Assembly (NCBI GenBank): GCA_019057375.1
Contig: DXJF01000004.1
Coordinates: forward strand, 1 to 12,188
Direction of reading: 5' to 3'
DNA: 12,188 nt
Source of the DNA: Candidatus Heimdallarchaeota archaeon
GTDB lineage: Archaea > Asgardarchaeota > Heimdallarchaeia > Heimdallarchaeales > Heimdallarchaeaceae
The notes below the pieces were generated by a model. The model saw only the letters and a program-made list of their open reading frames with translations. It searched no databases and was not told where the DNA came from. Shown here piece after piece: positions 1 through 6,955 of this stretch. Position 1 is the stretch's first letter. Each line of letters begins with the position of its first letter. A program made the position numbers and the translations under genes.

Positions 1-122
1 CTGCTACTAAGGTTCCTACTGCTAAAAAACCTACTGCCAAAAAACCTGCTACTAAGGTTCCTACTGCTAAAAAACCTACTGCCAAAAAACCTGCTACTAA
101 GATTCCTACTGCTAAGAAGCCT
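1..122 (+). repeat. Coding tandem repeat: 45-bp unit built from 15-bp subunits, encoding PATKV-PTAKK-PTAKK
   Basis: Bases 1-45 and 46-90 are identical (ctgctactaaggttcctactgctaaaaaacctactgccaaaaaac). Bases 91-122 are a degenerate partial third copy. The array may extend upstream of the window. Confidence 0.95.
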
Positions 123-650
123 GTAGCAGAAAGTAAAGATAAATCAATTCCTAAACCAAAGGTTCCTAAAACAACTCCAAAAGCAGTTGTAAAGAAAACT
201 GAACCTAGACCTTCTGTAAGACAGCCTGTTGCAAAAGCTCCAGTAAAGAAATCAATAACAGTCAAAACTACAGTTTCAGAAGCTACAAGAAAAGCTATAG
301 AACAAGGTACTCACATATTTACAATTAAAAAGAAGAGAACTAAGAAATCTAAACCAAAGAGGTTAGCTAAGATTTCTACAACATTTGGTGTTGTTACCAG
401 AATTTTACATGATGGTGCAGGAAAATCTAAGAATAGAACTGTTACTATGAAACTCTATGAAACTGAGATTCCATTAGAAAAATATCTTGGTAGAAAAGTT
501 AAAGTCAATTTCCCAAATTCAGATAAACATCTTATAGGAACTATTACAAGACTTCATGGAAAAAGCTCTTCAGTTGATAAATCAGTTGTAGTTAGATTCT
601 CACAGGGCGTGAGCCCTCATATATTAACAGCAAGAGGAACGTTCCTTTAG
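3..650 (+). CDS. rpl35ae: 5'-truncated protein (at least 215 aa): K/P/T/A-rich low-complexity extension plus C-terminal ribosomal protein eL33 (L35Ae)-like domain
   Basis: The frame of track ORF 447..650 has no stop back to base 3 (ATKVPTAKKPTAKKPATKV...). The last ~88 aa (from ~384: FGVVTRIL...EKYLGRKVKV...KHLIGTITRLHG...VVVRFSQGVSPHIL) follow the L35Ae pattern G-V-V...[LY]-[IL]-G-[RK]-x-V...G-x-[IV]-x-R-x-H-G...V-x-x-x-F. The match is divergent, so a paralog cannot be excluded. Confidence 0.7.
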   Translation, partial: ATKVPTAKKPTAKKPATKVPTAKKPTAKKPATKIPTAKKPVAESKDKSIPKPKVPKTTPKAVVKKTEPRPSVRQPVAKAPVKKSITVKTTVSEATRKAIEQGTHIFTIKKKRTKKSKPKRLAKISTTFGVVTRILHDGAGKSKNRTVTMKLYETEIPLEKYLGRKVKVNFPNSDKHLIGTITRLHGKSSSVDKSVVVRFSQGVSPHILTARGTFL

Positions 651-692
651 AATAGCCATTAATCTTAAAAAGGGCTGTTCCTTATTTTTCTT

Positions 693-1058
693 ATGGCAAG
701 AAAAAGAGACCTTCAGAGATGGGCACAAATATTATCCTATACTGGAGGAGTTTTATTTGCTCTAGGCGCTGCTCTGTTATTTCTTAATCATTTTCTTCCT
801 TCACCTTACCTACCAAATATCGTTCAAGATTTAATTGTAAAAACAGTTTTATTTACCGTTCCATTAACTACTATAGTCTTAGCAATTATTGGCGTAGTTT
901 TAGGTGCTACTATAATAATTTTAGTTGGAGCTGAACCTCCAGAAATGGTTACTGGTATCATACTAATTATCATTGGATTATTTGGTCTTGGGATTCCAGG
1001 ATTATTTGCAGTAGTTGGCGGAATATTGTTTATTATTGCTTCCACAAGAAAGCGATAG
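693..1058 (+). CDS. Small 4-TM membrane protein (121 aa), paralog A, function unknown
   Basis: ATG start, basic N-terminus (MARKRDL), four Gly-rich hydrophobic segments, basic C-tail (RKR). Clear similarity to 1125..1478. Confidence 0.85.
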   Translation: MARKRDLQRWAQILSYTGGVLFALGAALLFLNHFLPSPYLPNIVQDLIVKTVLFTVPLTTIVLAIIGVVLGATIIILVGAEPPEMVTGIILIIIGLFGLGIPGLFAVVGGILFIIASTRKR

Positions 1059-1087
1059 TATTTTCTAATTATTATATCTTTTACTTA

Positions 1088-1102
1088 AAGAAAATTTAAA
1101 TA
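1088..1102 (+). promoter_or_regulatory. Candidate archaeal BRE + TATA box for a leaderless transcript of paralog B
   Basis: aagaaaa-tttaaata, with the TATA box at 1095-1102 starting 30 nt upstream of ATG 1125; no SD motif. AT-rich background lowers specificity. Confidence 0.55.
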
Positions 1103-1124
1103 GAACAACCTTTCATTAGGCTTT

Positions 1125-1478
1125 ATGGCGAAGAAAAAAGAACTCGCGCAATGGGGTACAATTTTTGGAGTACTCGGTGGTGCTTTTTGGATCGTAGTCG
1201 GAGTTTTAACTATATTGGAAACCATAGCAGCTGGAATTATGGATGTATTCTATACAGCATCTTGGCTGGATAAAATAGGTGGAGGACTGCAACCTCTAAT
1301 TCTTGGAATAATATTGATTGCAATTGGAGCACTTGTAGTTCTTTTATGTTTAGGACGCTTTGGTTTATCTTATGTTGTTATTGGAATATTGCTGATAGTT
1401 TTTGCTATTATTGGAAGTGGTCTTCCAGCAATTTTAACTTTAATTGGAGGCATATTCTTTATTGTAGCCGGCGCATAA
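1125..1478 (+). CDS. Small 4-TM membrane protein (117 aa), paralog B, function unknown (C-terminal half loosely DUF4064-like)
   Basis: MAKKKELAQW N-terminus and four hydrophobic segments. The C-terminus GSGLPAILTLIGGIFFIVA parallels GLGIPGLFAVVGGILFIIA of paralog A. Confidence 0.85.
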   Translation: MAKKKELAQWGTIFGVLGGAFWIVVGVLTILETIAAGIMDVFYTASWLDKIGGGLQPLILGIILIAIGALVVLLCLGRFGLSYVVIGILLIVFAIIGSGLPAILTLIGGIFFIVAGA

Positions 1479-1499
1479 TTTTTAATTCCTTTTTTTTTT
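1479..1499 (+). terminator. Oligo-T archaeal-type terminator candidate
   Basis: T5-aattcc-T10 (T10 at 1490-1499) directly after stop codon 1476-1478. Confidence 0.6.
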
Positions 1500-1551
1500 G
1501 TTCTCTAAATCTATTTTACAATAGTTTTTATATTTTGATTCTCCTCTTTAA

Positions 1552-4539
1552 TTGAAGATAATGTCAGATACAGATAGATTCAATCCTTCTCTTTATTTAG
1601 GAAAAGAACATTCTACAGATGAAGATGTATTTTTGCCTCTAAAGGCTTTAAATAAACACATAAGCGTTTTTGGGCAAACAGGATCAGGGAAAACAGTCGC
1701 ATGTAAAATACTTATTGAGGAAGCTGTGAGACATGAAATTCCTGCAATTATTATTGATCCTCAAGGAGATATAAGCTGCTTGGCTATGGTTGAAGATTAT
1801 GAGAAACTGAAACCTTATGGCATTTCAGAGGAGTTTTACAATGAATACAAAGATAAGGTTGAAGTTGTAATTTTTACACCTGCATCTGAAAAAGGGATTC
1901 CTCTTTCAATTAATCCTCTTATAATGCCTCCTCAAGAGTTAGACAAGGAGGAGAAAATTTTGGCTATAGATGGTATTGCTACAACTATGGTAAATGTACT
2001 TGGATACAAAATTAATACAGAAAAGGGAGGAGCTGTAAAAGCTTATTTAGTCTCTCTTTTTGACCAATGTTTAGAAAAAGATATACTGATAGCTAACTTT
2101 GAGATGTTGATTGATTTGATTAGAACAGAAGAAGCATATCTATCAGAAAGTATTAGAACTTTATTATCACAAAAAGAGAAGGATTCACTAATAAAAAGAA
2201 TAAAATCAATTAACGTAGGAGCTTCTTCTCTTGTATTTAATTTGGGACCAAAATTATCTGTTCAGAATTTGATCCGCCCAACTAATCCAGATAAAATCAG
2301 AATTGCTATAATTTTTATGAATACACTTTCAAACCTAAGACTGAGGGAACTCTACATTACAACCCTTGCTCAAAATCTTTACACTTACATACGCTCTAAT
2401 CCATCTACAGATCCTCAACTTATTTTTTATATAGATGAATTGGCGGGACCACCTCAACTAATTCCCCCTCATCCAAAAAATCCTCCTACAAAACAGTGGT
2501 TGCAGCTTCTATTCAAACAAGGCAGAAAATATGGTCTATCTATGGTAGTAGCAACTCAGAATATAAGTGATGTAGATTACAAATCCTTTGGTCAAGTAAG
2601 CACCTTTCTCTTTGGTAGATTCGTCACTCCTCAAGATTTGAGAATAGTTGACAAAATGCTTCAATCTCACCCTGAAGCTAGATTCATAGTAGACCAATTG
2701 CAAAAATTTAGGAGTGGAGAATTTTACGTTCTTTCACCAGATAATTTCAATGCTCCAGTTCACATTATTACAAGAAGACTCTACTCAGTTCACCAAACCC
2801 TTTCAGATGAAGATGTAGCAAAAATGTATGAGTATCCACCTGCTACCTTATGCAAGCAGATAGGTGATTATGATCATGATATTGACTCTGTGGATTTTGA
2901 AGATATTGAAAAAGAACTAAATTTAGAGGATTTGGAAAAAGAATTATCTGCTATCAGAAAATTTACTAAAACTACTAGTTTGCTTGATCAACAGGTAGAT
3001 CTTATTGAAGATGAAGACAATGCAGTTGAAGAAGAAATAAGAAAAGCAACTGAAGAAATCGAATCTGAGGAGAGAGATGAAATTGAAGAAGAATCAGACA
3101 TCTCAGTCTTAGAACCCATCGACCTAACCAAAATAATAAAGTCAATGAAAGAACAATACTTGAAGTATGAGCCTGTAGAGTTCAAAGAATTATTGGAAAA
3201 ATTCTTTGGAACTAGGAAAATAAACTATCTCGGAACCGAGAATCTCAATCTTGCATATGTTCCCTTTTTGTATCTCGATTTTCAAATAAAAGCTAAGAGA
3301 AGAATTAAAGTTAATTATGCTAATGCAGAAAGATGGGAAAATGCTTTGCTTGAACTACCTATAAGAAGAATTTTTCCCTTATTAGACCGTATAGAATTTA
3401 GTGACAAAGAAAAGATTTGGGGACAAACAAGTATTCCAATTCAAGCTGAAGAAGTATTTGAAGAACTTATTTCAGTCCTTCCAATGAAAAATCTAGGAAG
3501 TTTATTCTCAGCATCATCAGCTAATATTAAGCAATTAGAAGTTCAAAGAAAACCTGAATCCATCCTTGAATCATTTCATGATGTTCTCTTGATAGATCAA
3601 ACGTTCTATGTTCAAGCTTGGCAAAACTGTATTAAAGAAGGACTAGTAACTATTGAGAAAGAACATGAAGCTGAAATACAAAATTGGTTAGAAGAATTGG
3701 AGAAGGAAAGAGATACACTCTGGAAGGAAATTGATATCAAAAGAAAGAAAGTTAAACAATTTCAAGCAAAAATTGAACAAGCTAAGGCTCTCTATGTTAC
3801 TCTTAAACCATTGATTGAGGATAAATACAAATTCAAGAGTAATAACGATGTTACTGATTATAATAAAGCAATAGAAACCATCAAATTTGGCCCTGAGGTT
3901 GTAAAGAACTTTGTGAAAGATGTGGAGAAAGCAATTGTTAGAATAAAGGAAATTGACATAATAGCTAAAGAATCACCCAAAGTCAGATTAATTGAAGATA
4001 ATCTTCGTTTAACCGCTAAGAAGGAATTCATTATACCAAAAAGTTCAGAAATACGGGACATCTATGCTGCTTTGATTTATATCCCAGTTTCATTAGCTGA
4101 AATTGCTGTATCAGATGCAAACGGCAATAAAATTAAAACTCACGGAATTGCTGAATCTGTTCTAGGAACTGAGATTCACTTGCTATGTGATTTGTGTCTT
4201 ACAAAACAAGCAGCAAAAATGTTATTTGTGTCAACTCCAGATGTATGTTCAGTCTGTGGAAGTGTTCTCTGTCAAGATCATACAGTTACAGATAGCATAA
4301 CACATGAAATAATATGCTCAGATCACGCTGTTGTTTGTTCATACTGTAAAAATGTTGTATCATCTGAAAAGGGGTCCAAATGTGCTTTCTGTGATAATCA
4401 TGTGTGCAGTGATCATATCATCAAATGTTCAACCTGTGGTAAAGTGATTTGCAGTAAGCATTCAAAAAAGATAGTAAAGAAAGGTGTGTTCAAAGAAGAA
4501 GAACAATATAGATGTCCAGATCATTCTAAAAGGAAGTGA
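1552..4539 (+). CDS. HerA/FtsK-superfamily (DUF87-type) ATPase with acidic linker, coiled coil and C-terminal Cys/His zinc-finger repeats (995 aa; ATG 1561 is an alternative start)
   Basis: Walker A GQTGSGKT followed by IIIDPQGD, FTPASEKGIPLSI, Walker B IFYIDE and QGRKYGLSMVVATQ (Arg finger/sensor). D/E-rich region ~2866-3123; heptad-like region ~3655-3800; CxxC-x4-CxxH repeats 4186-4524. Confidence 0.9.
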   Translation: MKIMSDTDRFNPSLYLGKEHSTDEDVFLPLKALNKHISVFGQTGSGKTVACKILIEEAVRHEIPAIIIDPQGDISCLAMVEDYEKLKPYGISEEFYNEYKDKVEVVIFTPASEKGIPLSINPLIMPPQELDKEEKILAIDGIATTMVNVLGYKINTEKGGAVKAYLVSLFDQCLEKDILIANFEMLIDLIRTEEAYLSESIRTLLSQKEKDSLIKRIKSINVGASSLVFNLGPKLSVQNLIRPTNPDKIRIAIIFMNTLSNLRLRELYITTLAQNLYTYIRSNPSTDPQLIFYIDELAGPPQLIPPHPKNPPTKQWLQLLFKQGRKYGLSMVVATQNISDVDYKSFGQVSTFLFGRFVTPQDLRIVDKMLQSHPEARFIVDQLQKFRSGEFYVLSPDNFNAPVHIITRRLYSVHQTLSDEDVAKMYEYPPATLCKQIGDYDHDIDSVDFEDIEKELNLEDLEKELSAIRKFTKTTSLLDQQVDLIEDEDNAVEEEIRKATEEIESEERDEIEEESDISVLEPIDLTKIIKSMKEQYLKYEPVEFKELLEKFFGTRKINYLGTENLNLAYVPFLYLDFQIKAKRRIKVNYANAERWENALLELPIRRIFPLLDRIEFSDKEKIWGQTSIPIQAEEVFEELISVLPMKNLGSLFSASSANIKQLEVQRKPESILESFHDVLLIDQTFYVQAWQNCIKEGLVTIEKEHEAEIQNWLEELEKERDTLWKEIDIKRKKVKQFQAKIEQAKALYVTLKPLIEDKYKFKSNNDVTDYNKAIETIKFGPEVVKNFVKDVEKAIVRIKEIDIIAKESPKVRLIEDNLRLTAKKEFIIPKSSEIRDIYAALIYIPVSLAEIAVSDANGNKIKTHGIAESVLGTEIHLLCDLCLTKQAAKMLFVSTPDVCSVCGSVLCQDHTVTDSITHEIICSDHAVVCSYCKNVVSSEKGSKCAFCDNHVCSDHIIKCSTCGKVICSKHSKKIVKKGVFKEEEQYRCPDHSKRK

Positions 4540-5114
4540 ATTATATCTCATCAAAACCACATAGAAGACCACCACTTGTGATAGTACTTGCAGGACTTCC
4601 AGGAACAGGTAAGTCTACATTAGCAAGAAAACTAGCAAGGAAATATAGACTAGAGCATATAAGTACGGATTCCGTTAGAAAAAGAATTTTTAGAGATGTA
4701 AGAAGGAATACATTTGGTAGAGGTTCTTATAGCAATAGACAAAGAATGATAGTTTACGATACAATCTATTATGTGCTTTATACACTTTTGAAAAATGGCG
4801 TGGGATGCGTTCTAGATGGAACTTTTTATCAAGAAAGGCTTCGTAGCAAAGTCGGAAGAATCTGCGCAAGATTTGACGCTAAGTTTGTTCTTGTAATTGT
4901 CGATTGTCCAGATAGCATAATCAATAAAAGGTTCAAAGAGAGAGATAAAAGAACTAGACGAACCTTAAGTGATGCAGATTTACAAATATATGAGAAATTC
5001 AAAAAACTATTTGAGACAACAAGCCTTCCACATATTGAAGTTAATATGGCTTCAGAACATAATGAAATATTAGAAAGGATTAGCGATGCTATCACAGGAA
5101 AAGATACTGAGTAA
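4536..5114 (+). CDS. AAA_33 / COG0645-type P-loop kinase (192 aa)
   Basis: GLPGTGKST P-loop, STDSVRK, VLDGTF, and lid region R-x3-R...SDAD. The GTG start overlaps the upstream TGA (GTGA, 4536-4539). Confidence 0.88.
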   Translation: MNYISSKPHRRPPLVIVLAGLPGTGKSTLARKLARKYRLEHISTDSVRKRIFRDVRRNTFGRGSYSNRQRMIVYDTIYYVLYTLLKNGVGCVLDGTFYQERLRSKVGRICARFDAKFVLVIVDCPDSIINKRFKERDKRTRRTLSDADLQIYEKFKKLFETTSLPHIEVNMASEHNEILERISDAITGKDTE

Positions 5115-6075
5115 TTTACAAAAATCATCTTATTATCCACATGAAACCAACAAGGATATTCAGATGATTGAAACCCATATAAGTTGGGTTTTCTTAACTG
5201 GTTTGTATGTATATAAAATGAAAAAATCGCTCAAATTTGGAGATATTTTGGATTTTTCTACTGTTGAAAAAAGGTTTCAAGCATGCAAAAATGAACTTTT
5301 TTACAATAAGCGCTTAGCTCCTTCCATTTACTTGGAAATCGTTCAAATTAATACCAATCTAGAATTTTCCGTGCGTGGTAAGCCATTAGAATACCTAGTA
5401 AAGATGAAGCAATTACCTCAAGAAGATTTGTTGTTAAATAAAGTTAAAAATAGTGAAGAATTATCTGATGTACTCTTCATTAAACTTGCAAAAATTATTG
5501 CTGAATTTCATAAGAAAAACACTATTCAACCTGAATTTTCTGTATATGAAAATATATTTGAAAAATGGGATGAAAATTTCCGTACAACGAGAACTTATCC
5601 TGACTTTCCTTTGGATTCAGTTTTAGAAACCAGAGTGTTTAGTTTTTTGGAGAAAAATGAAAACTTCTTTAACAAACGCTCCAATCAGGGGAAAATTGTG
5701 GATGGTCATGGGGATTTAATTCTAGCAAATATCTTCTATTTCAAAGGAGAAATTATTATTTTTGATTGTATTGAATTCAATGAAATGCTTAGAATCCAAG
5801 ATGTTCTCGAGGAAGTTGCATTCCTCGCAATGGATTTGGATTTTCACGGGTTATATGATTTATCTGTATTATTTATGAAAGAATATCTTGAAAGAATCAA
5901 TAGTGACTTTACATCTGAATCACCAATAATTAACTTTTACAAATCCTATAGGGCATATGTAAGGGCAAAAGTCTATTACTCACAAGTTCTTCAAGAGGAA
6001 TCAGGAGAAGCTAGAGACAAAGTTGTAGCATTGTCAAAAAAGTATATGAAATTAGCTTCTTCGTATGACTTCTAG
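5086..6075 (+). CDS. Aminoglycoside phosphotransferase-like (COG2187-type) protein kinase-fold enzyme (329 aa)
   Basis: YPH...IETHISWVFLTG...YKMKK, HGDL catalytic loop, DCIEFN, DV..EVAFLAMDL and FYKSYRAYVRAKV. Overlaps the upstream gene by 29 nt. Confidence 0.9.
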   Translation: MLSQEKILSNLQKSSYYPHETNKDIQMIETHISWVFLTGLYVYKMKKSLKFGDILDFSTVEKRFQACKNELFYNKRLAPSIYLEIVQINTNLEFSVRGKPLEYLVKMKQLPQEDLLLNKVKNSEELSDVLFIKLAKIIAEFHKKNTIQPEFSVYENIFEKWDENFRTTRTYPDFPLDSVLETRVFSFLEKNENFFNKRSNQGKIVDGHGDLILANIFYFKGEIIIFDCIEFNEMLRIQDVLEEVAFLAMDLDFHGLYDLSVLFMKEYLERINSDFTSESPIINFYKSYRAYVRAKVYYSQVLQEESGEARDKVVALSKKYMKLASSYDF

Positions 6076-6083
6076 ATTCAAAT

Positions 6084-6090
6084 AGAGGGA
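6084..6090 (+). promoter_or_regulatory. Possible ribosome-binding site for nfo
   Basis: agaggga ends 7 nt before ATG 6098, inside a 22-nt intergenic gap. Confidence 0.4.
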
Positions 6091-6097
6091 ATTATGA

Positions 6098-6940
6098 ATG
6101 GTAAAGCTTGGTTGTCATGTTTCCATATCTAAATCGGTAGATTTATCCTTTGATCGAGCTAAGGAAAAGGGATGTGATGTTTTCCAAGTTTTTGTCAAAA
6201 ATCCTAGAGGTTGGGTAGCAAAAAATCTATCTGAAGAGGAAATAAGTAAGTTCAAAAGTAATCAGTCAACTAGAAATCTTTATCCAACCTTTGCTCACAT
6301 TTCCTATCTTCCTAATCTTGCATCACAGAATCCTGAAATGTATAAGAAGTCTATTGACTGTTTTTCTATTGAAATTGAAAGATGTAAAATTTTAGAAATT
6401 CCTTATTTTGTAGTTCATGGAGGATCATATAAAGGAGGAACTTTGGAACAAGGTTTAACCACATATATACAATCCATCATAAAAGGAATTGAAGCTTCTG
6501 AAGGTAAAGTTACGATTTTAATCGAGAATTCATCGGGTGGAAAAAATTCCTTAACGGGTTCACTCAAAAATATTGGGAAGATTATAGCTGAAATTAATGA
6601 TTCACATGCAGTGCAGGTATGCTTTGATACATGCCATGGATTTGGTGCAGGATATGATCTAAGAGATTCTAAAGCTGTACAAAACACTAAGGAAATTATA
6701 GAGGAAAATATAGGTCTAACTAACTTAGCTCTGATTCATGCAAATGATTCTCTAGGAGAGTTGAATTCATTCAGAGATAGACATGAGCATATAGGATTAG
6801 GTAATATAGGTGAAGAGGGATTTAGAGCACTGATAAATGACAAAGATTTTAATCAAATTTCATGGATATTAGAAACTCCTATTGATGAAAGGAGAAATGA
6901 TATCGGTAATTTAACTTACCTCAGATCCTTAATAAAATAA
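6098..6940 (+). CDS. nfo: Endonuclease IV (AP endonuclease family 2), 280 aa
   Basis: LGCHVSI, AHISYLPNLAS, VVHGGS, LIENSSG, CFDTCHGFGAGYDL, HANDS, DRHEHIG.G.IG and ILETP; the tri-metal ligand motifs are recognisable. Confidence 0.95.
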   Translation: MVKLGCHVSISKSVDLSFDRAKEKGCDVFQVFVKNPRGWVAKNLSEEEISKFKSNQSTRNLYPTFAHISYLPNLASQNPEMYKKSIDCFSIEIERCKILEIPYFVVHGGSYKGGTLEQGLTTYIQSIIKGIEASEGKVTILIENSSGGKNSLTGSLKNIGKIIAEINDSHAVQVCFDTCHGFGAGYDLRDSKAVQNTKEIIEENIGLTNLALIHANDSLGELNSFRDRHEHIGLGNIGEEGFRALINDKDFNQISWILETPIDERRNDIGNLTYLRSLIK

Positions 6941-6955
6941 AGAAATTGATGTAGT

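Noticed and set aside
1-122. CRISPR array or non-coding repeat
   Set aside because: There are no unique spacers, the unit lengths are multiples of 3, and the repeat lies within an open coding frame.
447-650. A stand-alone 67-aa protein starting at ATG 447
   Set aside because: The frame is open to the window start, and the L35Ae-like similarity begins upstream of this Met (~384).
824-1045. Minus-strand 73-aa ORF
   Set aside because: Antisense shadow of membrane paralog A, with no recognisable motif.
1346-1555. Plus-strand 69-aa ORF
   Set aside because: Alternative frame overlapping paralog B and the T-rich terminator region; its F/L/Y-rich composition simply reflects the T tracts.
2988-3185. 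Minus-strand 65-aa Ser-rich ORF
   Set aside because: Antisense translation of the GAA-rich acidic linker of the ATPase.
3858-4061. Minus-strand 67-aa ORF
   Set aside because: Fully antisense within the ATPase, with no motif.
693-4539. Ced/VirB4-like DNA transfer system (two small membrane proteins plus a HerA/VirB4-type ATPase)
   Set aside because: The ATPase has no TM anchor, no CedA/VirB6-like large membrane protein is present, the small proteins are 4-TM rather than pilin-like hairpins, and a T10 terminator-like tract separates them from the ATPase.
1552-4539. Canonical herA of the HerA-NurA resection system
   Set aside because: No room for an N-terminal HAS barrel and no nurA, mre11 or rad50 in the window, so the gene symbol is withheld.
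4536-5114. PSTK/Kti12 tRNA kinase
   Set aside because: The P-loop is similar, but DGTF and SDAD plus adjacency to a COG2187 gene fit COG0645 better, and there is no C-terminal tRNA-binding domain.
4829-5140. Minus-strand 103-aa ORF
   Set aside because: Antisense to two well-supported genes, with no motif.
5086-6075. Aminoglycoside resistance gene
   Set aside because: It has the APH-like fold only; the motifs match the uncharacterised COG2187 family, and there is no mobile-element context.
6415-6687. Minus-strand 90-aa ORF
   Set aside because: Antisense within nfo, with no motif.
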